The translations under genes were made by a program, and so were the position numbers. Shown here in pieces: positions 1 through 13,782 of a stretch of 64,000 nt of DNA; the stretch's first letter is position 1, and each line of letters opens with the position of its first letter. The DNA comes from Hormiphora californensis (Eukaryota; Animalia; Ctenophora): assembly GCA_020137815.1 (NCBI GenBank), contig CM035362.1:3906001-3970000 (forward strand), written 5' to 3'. The notes below the pieces were generated by a model that had not been told where the DNA came from, ran no database searches, and saw only the letters and a program-made list of their open reading frames with translations.

Positions 1-151
1 TTAATAATCAACCAACTACAGTTTAATTTCTGGGTGTCACTGCACTACAGCTTAATAAACTCCCAAATTGTCCAGATCCCTATAGAACACGAATCTTGTT
101 ACTATGGTAACCATGCCAGTTATCACTGTCCGTTATACCAGCTTACATCGT

Positions 152-3100
152 CTAATGCCTCATGGATCCCATTTCTGAGGAACGAGAAATATTGTCAAAC
201 ACAAAATCGTGAAAACTATTAATCATGGCATGATGCCCGAACTCTTGTTGAGTAACTCAACAAACGAAGAAATGATATAATTCCAAACAACTGAAATATA
301 TTAATTCTACTCACTGCGGCTGCTTCCTCCCTTCGAGTATCCTTTACTTCCACTTTTACTATATCCAGATCCACCCTTGCTATATCCACCGCTACTGGCA
401 GATCCACCCTTGCTATATCCACCACTACTGGCAGAGCCACCCTTGCTATATCCACCGCTACTGGCAGATCCACCCTTGTTATATCCACCACTAGCAGATC
501 CACCGTGAGAGCTGAATCCACCACTTCCGTTTCCAAATCCACCTCCGCTGGAATAACTCACTCCCTTGCTGTAACCTCCGCTGGGAGAGGATCGACCACC
601 ACCACCACCGACTTTGGAGGAACCTCCACCGCTGCTGCCCATTTTGGTGCCAGCTGAAAAGCGGACACTGCCACCACCTGGAAACACATAATGAATTCAG
701 TTACTATGGTAACCATGGTATACACACAATGATTAGGTTGGTGATAATTGGGGGAACACATGATCAGGTCAGTGCTGTCTGGCGCCGCCGACCCCATCTG
801 AGAATCAAATGGGGTATGGGCGCCGCCATACAGGGTTAGTGATAATCGGGGGATGTATTGGGTATAATGTATTGGGTACAATGTATAATTATAAAAACTG
901 TTAGTTTGGGGAGGGAGGGAGGGAGGGAGGGGCTACTACAGAGACATATAAATTGGCAAGGGTTTGGGAAATCTGCTCTGATCTGTTTGGGTTTGTTGAG
1001 TAGAGGGATGGGACTAATACTCAACATAGCTAGTCTACCTTCTGTCTGTTCGGTTAGTTTGTCTGTCTGTCCGTCATCAGTAGCTGTATGTCTGTCTGTG
1101 TGTCTGTCCTCCTTCTCCTCGCTGGACCCCCGCACGGTACCCAACCCCTCATTTATAACCAACCCCATGAGGGGTTTACCGTGGCCCCGACCCATGATTA
1201 GACCGGGGGAGCCTGGTCTGCCCACTGGAGATGGACATGGAGAGGTAAAGAACACTGGAGATCCTCTCCTTGTGACGTCATGCGTTGATGACGTCACGGT
1301 AATGTCATGATGCTTGGTGGATGATGCTGGGGGTCTAAAGTCTGCTGGGAGTTCTTCTTGTGGTTCTGGTAATGGAACATCGTCTTCATCTCCAGGAGCT
1401 TCAGACTCCCCCAATACTTCAGACTCCCCCAATACTTCAGACTCCCCCAATACTTCAGACTCCCCCAGTACTTTTAACTCCCCCAATACTTCAGACTCCT
1501 GCAATACTTCAGCTTCTAAATCCCCCAGTGCTTCAGTTTTCAACTCATCTACTGCAAACTCTGTTACCCCCTGCATCACTACCTCCGTTCTCATTTCACC
1601 TGTAGACGCTACTGATCCCGGTCTAAACTCCATTGGAGAACCTTCTCTCATCGTAATCTCAGACTCAAGTAACGTGGGGGATTCCCTCCCGTCTCCATAG
1701 GAAAATAGTGAATCAGTAGCCACCATATCCTCACAGGAGTAAACAGGGCTAGGTGCAAAACGAGACCCCCCACCGGGGCTGGGAGGGTGGGGCGAGGGGA
1801 CGGAGGAAAATGGCGAGCTCGGGGCGTCAGAGTGACCTGCAGGGCTCATGGAGAGAAGGGATTCAGAGTGACCTGCAGGGCTCATGGAGAGAAGGGATTC
1901 TGAGAATGCCGGGCTCATGGAGAGAAGGGATTCTGAGAATGCAGGACTGGCTGCTGGGGTTGCCCTTAAGGGAGTCCTTCGTCCCGTGTCTATTTTAGAT
2001 TTGGCGGTACTTTTTATCTTCGCGATTTGTCTTGAGTTGATGTTAGTGGTGGTAGAGAGGAGAGATGAGATGGAGCTTGAGGATTGGGTTCCTGATTAAC
2101 GTTGTTTTTCGAAGAGAATCCACCTTTGGTTTTACCTTTTTCTGACACCTCTTGTTGTTTTTGATGGTGTCGTTCCTTGGAAGTGTCTCGTTGTGAGAGG
2201 TTCATGGGTGAAGGTGTTTTGATTCGTTTTATTATTCCAGTATCCACTTTAGGTTTTATCCCCACGAGACTGGATATCGACCCCGATTTCTTGAGGGAGT
2301 GGGTTGAGCCTGATTTCTTGAGGGAGTGGGTTGAGCCTGATTTTGCCAGTGGTTTAGGAGAGTTTTGAGAAGTGACGAATGGAGTGGTTTCCTTTGACCT
2401 TACTCGACTTCCCCTGATTCCCGTATCAATTTTTGATTTGACTGACGCTAAATTGCTGGAAGACCCTGATTTTTTGAGCGACGATGTTGACGGAGACTTT
2501 TTGAGTGCAGCGATACTCGCACCAGACGGCGACTTTTTTAGGCCAGTTCCACTTAGTTTCGAGGGAACAGCTGGTTGCTTGGCAACGGTGGTGGGTGCCT
2601 TTGGGCCTGCTGTCTTGGCAACGGTGGCGGGTGCCTTTGGGCCTGGTGTCTTGGCAACGGTGGTGGGTGCCTTTGGGCCTGGTGTCTTGGCAACGGTGGT
2701 GGGTGCCTTTGGGCCTGGTGTCTTGGCAACGGTGGTGGGTGCCTTTGGGCCTGGTGTCTTGGCAACGGTGGTGGGTGCCTTTGGGCCTGGTTCCTTGGCA
2801 ACGGTGGTGGGTGCCTTTGGGCCTGGTGTCTTGGCAACGATGGTGGGTGCCTTTGGGCCTGGTTTTTGGGAACTTGATGGTGTCCTTGAGTCCTGTTTTG
2901 GTTTCTGGGCCAGGATTGTTGTCGGCTTTTTGACAAGTTTTGTCTTGTTAGACTTTGTAGCTTGGACGGAATTTTTCGGTCTCTCCTTATTCGATAAGAG
3001 CACCTTTGACTCGTTCGTTTTTGGTTTGATTTCTTCAGGCTTTGCTCTCTTTGAAGTGGGAATCTTTGAACCGGTATCAATCTTGGATTTAGCCTTTGTC

Positions 3101-6100
3101 TTGATCGCTGAAATATTCCTAGAATTCACGTTGGTCTTTTTCTTGGAACTTTCCTTCTTTGAAGGAATTTCTGGTTGAGTTGTTGTTTCCATGACAACTG
3201 TTTCCAAACTGTCCAACGTCTCAACTTCCAAAGTTGTCTCTTTTGCGTCAAGAATCTGACGGGTTTTGTTGGTATCTTCATCGGCCGCAACCTCATAATC
3301 ATCTTCACTTCCTAACTCCTCGATCACCTCCAGCTCTTTTCCCTCTACGGCTGGAAGTGCTTCTAAAACATCATCCTGCAAATCCTCGGTCATCAAAGTC
3401 GGAGATGCCATATCAGGAAAGGTCATGCTTTTTTCCGTGATCTTTGTTTCCACGAAATCTGTCTTTTCTTCCACGAAATCTGTGACTGTCTTTTCTTTCA
3501 AGCTAGTTTTCTCCACTCCCTCCTCAATCTGCATCATCAAATCAGGGTCAGTTAGTTCCTTCTCCAAAAGTGAAAACTCTTCCAAACTGATACTGGAGGC
3601 CATCCTCTCCCTACCCACGGTGGGAGAAAGACAAAAGTTAACAGATATAACTCCCCCGTCAGGGCTGGCCACCCTGGCTATTTCTGTGATTGAAGCTATT
3701 CGGGAACGGTCTTTGTGGTCTTTGGGTGGTGGTGGTAGTGAGGTTGTTTCCATGGGAACAAGGGGATCAGGAGTTGTTTCCATGGGAACAATGGGATCAG
3801 GAGTTCGACTCGATGAGAGGGAGCGTTTGAAGTTTGGTGATCGATCAGGAGTTGGTGATGTCTGGAGCCGGTGCAAAGAGGGAGATCTTGCCCGATTGTG
3901 GGCTGGCGAGGTTTGTGATTTCAGTCGTACCGGGCTAGAAGACGTCCTGGTTTCGGCGGTAGATTTCTTATTTGTAACATCAGATTGAGTTTTGGCTGGA
4001 CTGTCAGACGTACTGTCAGATGCCCTCGGTGGTGACTGTGAAGTTCTAGTAGGAGGCGAGGGAGATTTCCTCTGCATTGAAGCTACATTATTGTTTTGAA
4101 TGCTTTCCTTTTGGCCGTTGTTAGTAGAAGTAGAATTAGAATTAGAACCAGTATTTGGGGACTGATCTGATAGCGACATGTTTGAAGGTGGACTATTCTG
4201 AATCGGCAGCTCACTCACATTATGTCCAGTTGATGCAGGAGCACTCTCCGATGAAGGATCACTGACCGTACTTCTGGGTATGGGCGATGCAGGCCTGTCC
4301 AGGGAACTTATTTCCTGGTCAAAAGTAGACAACGGTGACATCTCAGCCAACTCCGTAGATTCTAAGCCTCGATCATAACTTGTCGTAGTTGCACTTTCAA
4401 CGAATCCACTTGTTTCTGAATGTTGTTCTTGGTGCGTTCCCATGACAACAACATCCTCGGATTCGCTAAAAACTCCTGACGTCGCAAAGTTATTTTCCCC
4501 TGTTGTCATCGAGATTTCCGATGTATCCTCTGTGATGAATGCCGTCCGGTAAATTGTCCTCATGCTCATACCACCCGCTCCTCGATTTGGCTGTACTTCC
4601 TCGCTCAGAGATGAACTGTGCCCTTCAATGGTCACAATTTCCTCTTCACCAGTCTCATTTATCCGTGTTTCAGTGGTCCAAGTTGGGCTGAGAGCCCGGG
4701 TAGATCCACCAATGAGAGGGCTGGGTGATCGGCGCATTGCGGAGGGAGATCGACGGAGGGGCGTCGGGGAAACCGGAGGCGATGACGTCATCTCTTCGCA
4801 GATCTCAAAGATCTTGTGATCTTTTCCCCATAAATCCTTCTGATCGGGCCCTGATCCACTGGTGGAGAATGTGGTTGTCGGTTGGTCCGAGGTGGTTGTT
4901 GCTAGGTTGAGGTTGGCTGGTCTGGATGGTGGTTCGGAGGTCGGTGTTGAGGAATCAAAGAGTGCAGAATCCCTTTTATCATCCTTCAAATCACCATGGT
5001 GATAATGTGGTGCATCACTCTGATCAAAACTGGAGTCTTCAGCTTTCTTCTCCTCTTCTTCTGTGATCATCAGGAACTCTCCCGTGTTCTGTCGTTGAAG
5101 TCGAGAACTGAAATCCCCAGTGTTTTGACGCTGATACTCCTCAGAGACGAGAGATCTTTCAGACATGGTCTGGCTGTTTTCGAAAAGAGAGCTAGATTCA
5201 ATAAGACCCTGGGAGAGAATACCCGATTCTTGGTCAGCAGATTCTTGGCCTAGTTCAACAGATTCTTGGAATGGAATAGAAGATGTACCAGCAGATTCTT
5301 GGACTGAAAGGGAACCAGATGCGTCACCAGGGGAACTCAACTTCCGTAGAAGGGAAGAAGAGGCTGGTGTTGAAGTTGACTGCAACATTTCCTCATTCAC
5401 GGAAGACAGCTGTTTATCAGGGCCTTGTTTTCGGGTGTTTGATGATATTTTAACTGTTGCCTGGTCGGAGGATTCTTCTCTTTGTCCGGATTTGATGGTG
5501 GATTCTATAGGTTTTGCTGATTTGATGGTGGATTGTACAGGTTTTCCTGATTGAACGAGGGGTAAAGATGGTAGTGTCAAGACTGTTGTGTTACACCTTT
5601 TCTCCGCTGGTTCAGGCTCCTTCTTTTTAGTGAGCATTGGTCTCTTTGATTCAGTTTCTGTCCTTCCAACTGGATGAGCTGCAACAGGTACTGAAACCTC
5701 GGGAGCGTGAGATGAAAGTCCTCTTTCTGTTTTATTTTTCACCGGCTTTGCTGTTTTTACTGATTTTGCAGCTGGTTTGGAGGAGATTGGTTGAGTTGTT
5801 TTAACGGGTTTGGGGCCGTCCAGCGGCGTAGTTTTAAAAGTCCCAGTCCGTATGTTTGTCAGTTTGTTTGTCGTCTTTTGTGATTGTCCATCAGTCATCA
5901 GTTTGTGCGTCGTCTTTCTTACCGATATTTCTGAAATACTGCTACTTTCAGCAGTTGCTACCTGCGACCAGGACTTGGGGGAGGTCACTTTAGGAGAGAG
6001 ACACCGCACAGTCATGCAGTTGAAAAGGGACCCTGCGAAACCTGGTGAGCGCTTTTTCCCACGCTTTGATCTCCTTGATAACGGATTTGTGACGTCATCA

Positions 6101-9100
6101 TAACGTGTGACGTCATCACTTATAACATCTTTCTGTTCATATTCACGAAGTTTCTCAACCCAAGACTGTTCCTTTCCTTCACATTCAATCTTTTCCCCTT
6201 TTTTCTTCTTTTTACCCTTCTTCTTCTTCTTCTTCCTGCCAATCACACTCACCCCACCCTCAGGGGTTATATCCAATGTGATTGTCTCATTCCCTACCAC
6301 CTCTACCACCTCAGGAGAGGATATAGTATCCCGGGTCAGATACTTTGAAGTATCAAACACTTCGAGGGCTCGATCCAATGGAGCTACCGGGAGAACAGTG
6401 AGGACGGAGTGGGCTGGAGTTTGGGTTGATGGTTCTTCCATCCTGCCCATTGGGATAACAGTTAGGACGGAGTGGGCTGGAGTATGGGTTGGTGGTTCGC
6501 CAGTGTCACGACCTGTGTGGATATACGAGGTTAGTATTACTGAGTCTGTGGTCTGTGGGTATGTGTCTGTTTAGAGCAGGAACCGACCGAATCAGGAAAT
6601 ACTGGTCCCTGATTGGCTGATAACCAGTCACGTGACCTAAATAACGAGCTCTGATTGGTTGTTTACTTGGTCCGGTCGGTTCCTGGTTTAGAGGTCTGTT
6701 ACTGCCTGAATCTGTGTTGTCTGAATCTGTTTTTTTGGCGAAAATCAAAAACAAAATAATATGTCGGTTAAATTTATTTGCTTACCGCTGCTACCCTTGG
6801 TGATAAGTCCCTTTCCGTAGCTGCCACCAGAAACTGCAGGCCTAGATTTAGATCCTGAAATTAGGAAGATAAGTTGCCTCCACTCTCAATCTTATTTGCT
6901 GATTACTCTCTTTCTCTCTCTTTTTTACTCTTTCTTACTCTCCGTTTATCATAGCTGGTTACAATATTCATGGGGTTCATAGATTCTATCTCTTATTATC
7001 TCTCTTCTCAGAGAGAATCTCTCGAATGGTTATTACATACTGCAGAATGCAAATAATAACTAATGTATGGTATGTATACACCAGATAATAACTAATGTAG
7101 TACCCTTTGAGCTAGAGGTAGTGGTGACAACAGTCTCCTCGACAACCTCCTCAATAATCTCATCAGAACCTCCCCCACGGCCATTGTAGGAGTCATAGTT
7201 GAACCCACTGGGCTTGGTGTAGGTTGGTTTTCCTACCACAGTCACCAGTTGGTCGGTCCTGGCATGATTAGTTTTATGAAGGAGTAAATTGTGGGCAATA
7301 AAACAATGAATGGAATGGAAGATAAGAAATGAAGAAGATTTGTTTATGAAGGAGCACTCACCTGGCGCCTCCTCCACCGGGGCTTACAGGTCGGAATGCG
7401 GTGACCTGAGTGGGACTCTTGGGTCGGTTTGTAATGGCCGTAGCCAGGGCAACAGATGGGTTAGCTGGGCTTCGGGGAATCTTGGTGACATAGGTAGTCT
7501 CGTTCACAATCTAGTTGTGGGGAGTTCGAATTGTAATAAACAGGAATACTTGATTTAAATTTAGGAGCCGTAAAGTTATTGTTTGTACTCACCTCTCCGC
7601 TGGGTTTTCGGGTTCTGGTAGTACCGATGGGAATGGGTCGGGTAGCCATGACACCCAGTGCTGGTTTACCAGAGGGAGATCTGGGGCTCTTGGAAGTGAA
7701 GGTTTTCATTCCTGAAGGGAAATTGTTATTAAAAGAAAGGGTATATCCGCAAAGTTATTAACATGATTTAGAGACAGCACATCCGCAAAGTTATTAGCAT
7801 GATTTAGATCGACAAAGTTACACCAAGTTACCTGGTACAATGGCTCCATGGTGTGTAGTGGTGGAGGTGTTGGTGATAACAGGGGGAGAGTAACTGAGAC
7901 CTCCGGGAAGTCGGGGGCTACCAGGACTGTTGAACTGGAGGGAGGAGTGAGTTATGGCCATGATCATTTTGTCTCCCACACTGGGTATATATTCTAATGG
8001 TCCTTATCCCCCGATATACCATTACCCACGTCCTATATCTATGCTATAATGATCTAATATACCTACAGTCCACACCCATTATAGTTGTACAAGCACGTGT
8101 CCATACCCCTTACACCCACCCCTGTCACCTGTCACCTACCCCTAACACCCAACCCTGACACCTACATGGGCCTGCATGGGTTCCCCGAACAGTTTCTCGA
8201 ATCTTGGCCCAGTTCCAGACCCGCCCGTAGGATGGAAGGTCTCACGGAGACACCGGGTGCAAATGGGCTCCGACCGGTACGCATCTTGATAAACTCGGAT
8301 ATCGCCCGCATCCTTGAAGAAAAGAAAAAAAAATGAAAAAAGGGTGTTGGAATTTTATTTAAAAAAAGTGGAATTTTTCGAGGCGTATTTTGGAGATATT
8401 GTACCTGCTCAACATTTTCTCCGGTTAGTTTTTCAAATTTTGGATCGGGTTGGTAATCTAGACCCCATGTTTCTGCGATGCAAGCGTTACATAAAAAGTC
8501 TGTTCCACCGGTGTTTTTCAGCCTGTTATCTTCAGCCTTTAAATGAACCTAACAGAAAAACAGCTTGTCAGCGCTTTCGGTTTTTCCACGTATAGCGCAG
8601 TTATTTTATTTAAAAAAAGGTCTGGAAAGTTTTCAAGTATATATAACCTTTTTTATGAAGCCTGTAATGGGTGTAATTTCACAGTCTGATTTTATCCCCG
8701 GTGAACTGCAGGAATTCATTGACTCATCTCCTATCTGAGCCATGTGAGCCATGTGAGCATCTACCACAATTCCACTACTCCTCCTCCTCCTCCTTCTCCT
8801 CTTCCCTCCTTTTCTCCACGATTTGTTCCGACTGGGAGACACCCTATACCGATCATCCCCATCAGTCATGCAGGCATTGTACCAATTCTCCAACGGGCAG
8901 GGGGACCTGCCTCCAGGGGAACAAGGCGGGATCTCATCCTCATCAGATGGATTGTTTCTGCCTCGTGATGATCGACTCCTATTCTTCTTCTCGGTTCCTT
9001 TTCTCCAGGATTTATTCCGGGCAGGAGACACGCTATACCGATCTCCATCCCTCCTGGCAGCCAGCCAATGTTCCACTGGAGAGGGAGATCTTCCTCCAGG

Positions 9101-12100
9101 TGAAAATCCAGTGTTATAGCCTGAGTTAGTTCCACTTCTACCTCCAATGTAGCCTGAGGTAGTTCCACCTCTACCTCCAATGTAGCCAGATGAGGTAGTT
9201 CGACCTTGGGATCGAGATGATGATTTCCCACGATTTAGGGATGATGATACAATGTGCCCAGATGACTTTACCCTTCCCCGGTATGGTCTGGTCGGTGACA
9301 TTGACACAGATTGGATTCTCCAGAGCTGGTCCTTCTCCTTCTGCTCGAAGGTCTGGACATGGAGACTGACTGGATACGGTTTCTGTTTCTCAGTTCCCGT
9401 TCTGATTGCTCATTGACCAACGAGCTCCAGTTAGGGGAGGGTGGTGTGGTTGTGTTGAACCGTCCCATGTGATTCGAACTGAACTGGAGTCAAAATTTTA
9501 GAGAAAAATAGGCTTTCAAAAAATGGGGCTAAAAAATGCATTTTTTAGACAAAAAATTTTTAAAAAAAAGTCAGCAAAAACCTTATTATTTTGAAATGTT
9601 AGATCCTCGATGTTGCAAACTCCGGAGTTAAAATCGTTGCATTGAGGGTATATTGGATCTATTATACACTGAGTAGGACCACTGCAGTGCCCATTATTAT
9701 ATCCGGTCTGGAAATTGGAAAAAAAATGTAAAAACGGAGAGAAAAAGTTGAAAAATATGTACGATCAGTGTTGTCTCTTTCAGGAATAATATGAAAATCC
9801 CCTGGCCCTCTCTTTAACCTATAATATCCCGTTCAAATCTAAAAAAGCTTGTTACATCCAACAAAACCACCCTACCAACTGCAGTAGTACCCCCCTTAGA
9901 ATCCAGAACTCATCTAAGCCCGTGTATCTACTTGAGTTGCTAGGACCCCCCCACTTACCTTAGTAACGGTTGTCCTAGTAACGGGGCTGTCGCTATCAGG
10001 AACTAGAAGCTGGAACTGCTGCTGGTACCCTGGTAGACATGTCTGTGTAACATGTCTGGGGGTATGATGCTGTCTGCATCTGGGGATAGGAATGCTGTCT
10101 GCTGAACCTGGGTCTGGAGGGGTTGTGTGTGTGTGTTATCATAATGGTAACCATAGTAACTACATTGAAACTCCATGGTAACCATGGTAACCCGTGTTAC
10201 CTGCTGGTTGGGCAGCATGATCATCTGCCAATTGTTGTTCTGGGATTGGTTCCACTGGAGTGGCTCATCCTCGACAACGTGGGCAGTCATAATGGGAACC
10301 TGCGGGGAGATAGTCAGGTTGGGTGTGTGTCATATAATAGGGACCAAGGGGGGAGATAGTCATAGGGTGGAGGTGGGCACTGGGCAGTCATAATAGGAAC
10401 CTGGGGGGGGATAGTCAGGTTGGGGACCAAGGGGGGAGGGTGGGATTTCGGTAACTAGGGGGGTGTGTCATAATGGGAACCTGGGGGAAGATTGTCAAAT
10501 GTCAGGTGTGCCATAATAGGAACCTAAGGGGAGATTGTCAAATGTCAGGTGTGCCATAATAGGGACCAGTCACGTGACCTAAATAACGAGTTCTGATTGG
10601 TTGTTTTACCTTGATATAACTCTTCTTATGTACAATCCTCTGTCTGGGAATGGGTGGCATTGACTGCTGGGGTGCAGCCAGGATTATTGGCTGGGGAGCG
10701 GGGGCAGGGGCAACTTGGGGAGGGGGCATGATGATCTCCTCTACCTCCTCCTCACTAGAGGAGCTGGAGCTGGAGCTACTGGGAGGTGGGGGAGGGACCT
10801 TCTTCTTGGGCTTCTTGACCTTCTTGGGCTTCTTCTTCTTGATCTTGGGCTGCGGGGGAAGGTGAGGGTTAGAGAGGGGTGAGGAGGGGATCTTAAGGGT
10901 GAGGGGGAGTGTGAGTGTTTTTAAGTTGATACGAAAATCTTCAATCTTGTGATAGGTAGAAACATTGGTAGACAGCTCTTGAGAAAAGTTTCGAATATTT
11001 TGCAGAATTCTAAAAGGTGTTGAAGGAAGGATAATATTTTAAAACTCCTTCTCTACCCATGTCAGATGGTAAACTCATGAAGCAAACACAGACAGTATCT
11101 TGTATTGTTCATACTATGTGCAACAGCACAGACAGTATCCTACTATCCTACTAGGACACTGTCTGTGTCATATCTGAATTTACCATCTAGGATTCCTAGC
11201 TTCTGTCAGTTCCTTTCCAAGCAATATTAACAAAGTTTTATAATTAACTAAATACTAATTATATAATTAACTAATTATTTAAATTAAATTTTAATTAACT
11301 AATTATTTAATTACCTTTTGTTCCACGTAGTGAACAATGACGCTCTGTGCAACTCGCTCCAGGGCACGGCCACTAAGTGGTTCCTTGAAATCAGGGGCAT
11401 CCTGATTGGGCTCACTGAAAGGGTTACCATGGTTACATTTGGGGTTACCATGGTTACACTTGGGGTTACCATGGTTACAACAATGTGAAAGTTGTTTTGT
11501 GTCCCACCTGTCGTCAGTAGTCATGTAGCTAGAGTCACTGGAAGAGCTGGAGGAGGATGAGGAGGAGGAAACTGGAACGGGAGCTGGCCTCTTCTTTTTG
11601 GGCTTCTTGGGCTTTTTCTGAGGGGGGGGGGGAGAGAGGGGAGATTAGAGAGGGGGAGCTGGAGAAAGGGGTTAATGGAGATCTGATCGGTATTGGTTGG
11701 TATTTTGTTGGAAAGCGATAAGGGATATTTCATCAGTTTTTTAGTTTGGTTGGTTTACCTTTTTGATGATCCTGCGAATAGGTGCAGGGGCGGGGGCAGG
11801 AGCGGGGGCGGGAGCAGGAGCAAGGTTGAGTCCCTGAATTCCCTGAACCATCTGAGGTGCAACGACCTGGGGAATTTTGGGTTGGTTACTATGGCAACAA
11901 CTTGGAGAGGAGAATTTTGGGTTGGTTACTATGGCAACAACCTGGAGAGGAGAATACCACTTAGATTTTATTAGTTTCCAAGAAACTGCATCTCTATCAA
12001 CCTCGATTTCTTTGCAAAACGGCCCGTTTCAAATATTTTTTCCAAACTCAGTGATTTCATTCTTAATCGTCTAAGCAATTTCACAGCCGCCAGACTGTCC

Positions 12101-13714
12101 GGACGGAATTCAGGAAATTATGACACTAAATAAAACATAGCAGCTCATCCGGGTTTTTTGTTGAAATTCCAAAATTTTATGAGTATTGCAGTCCTAATAT
12201 ATTCGTCTTATCTAATAATTGCAGTACGTCGGTAACCGAGTAAACATGTTTTTGTGTGGTTATTTGACCTTCTTACTGTTTCATTTTATGTTTTTGAGAA
12301 GTTTTTCTAACTATCGGAATGAACATATATTATGAAATGTTTCGTTTGAAATTATTCGACTATGGCTTATATGTATGAGCGTACCGGCGAGGAAGTATCA
12401 TCATCATTTTTTGGAGCATGATCATCACCGTTTAGTACATCTTCGTTATCACCATCCTGTTTTGTAGTGTCGTCTTGGTTGCCATGGTTACTGGGTTTCG
12501 AATCATCGCTGCTACTAGATGATGGTGTGTCACATCGCACTAGAGAACTTCCGTTTGGGATGGGACCTGCAGGCCTTCTTCTTCTTCTTCCTCTTGGTTG
12601 AGCATTCTGATTGGTCGGTTGGTATCTTGGTTGAGCCTTCTGATTGGTCGGTTGGTATCTTCCTTGTCTCTGATTGGTTGGTTGGTATCTTCCTTGTCTC
12701 TGATTGGTTGGCCTGAATGAGATGCTATTGTTTGGCAATCCACCTCCACTAATTGGTACTTGTGTTGCGCCGGGTTGGACTGCTGCAGTTGAATAGAGGG
12801 AGGAACCAGACGGAGTTGGATAGCCATTGGATGGGATAATGATAAGCCCTGATGAACCTCCTTGGTTACCATTTGGGTTACCTTGGTTACCATTTCGGTT
12901 ACCTTGGTTACCATTTCGGTTACCACGGCTCCAGTACCCATTTGGTTTGTTTCCTCCATTATCACTGCCCCCAATACTGATAACTCTACTTCCGATGGCA
13001 TCCATTTTGCCTGCACTATCCAGATTATTGTCATTCAATCTAACACCTCCATCTATACCACCACCTCGACCATATTTGCTTTGATTCCCAGTGTTTACAC
13101 CTCGGTTACTATGGTTACCACCGAATCTTCCACCTCCATTTGCGTTCTGTCTGCTGTTACCATGGTAACCACTCGCATTCTGTCTGATGTTGCCATGGTA
13201 ACCACCCGCATTCTGTCTGTTGTTACCATGGTAACCACCTGCATGCTGTCTGTTGTTACCATGGTAACCACCCGCATTCTGTCTATTGTTACCATAGTTA
13301 ACTGCTGAGCTGGAGCCATCAAAGCTCACCCACTCCTTATTCACTGGGTCATATGCTTTGGTTGGGTAATTTCCCTGAAGCATCGGATCTCTGTGCCTCA
13401 TGTTGGGTTCACTTCCAAATAAGGCAACGTTTCACTTCCAAATAAGGAAATATAGTGCTCCAAATGTTCCAAAAGATGTGATAAATATGCAAAGTTGCCT
13501 ACAAATATGCAGCTAAACAACTCATAACAAGATCTCGAGATATTGAAATATCATTTTGAATTGTTAGGTTTACACCGTTGCACTTCTATCTCTTTCATAT
13601 TCCCTACCCCCTCTTTCTCTATCTCTCTATCTCTATCTATCTATCTCTATCTCTCTATCTCTCTTTCATATTCCCTACCCCCCTCTTTCTCTTTCTCTCT
13701 ATCTCCCTAGCCTC

Positions 13715-13782
<68 letters not shown>

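Noticed and set aside
858-6574. Plus-strand ORFs opposite the giant exon (e.g. 2372..3178)
   Set aside because: Antisense shadows of repetitive, low-complexity coding sequence.
6506-6754. Short ORFs containing QPIRTRYLGHVTGYQPIRDQY or NRPNQEILVPDWLITSHVT
   Set aside because: Translations of the hAT MITE, not genes.
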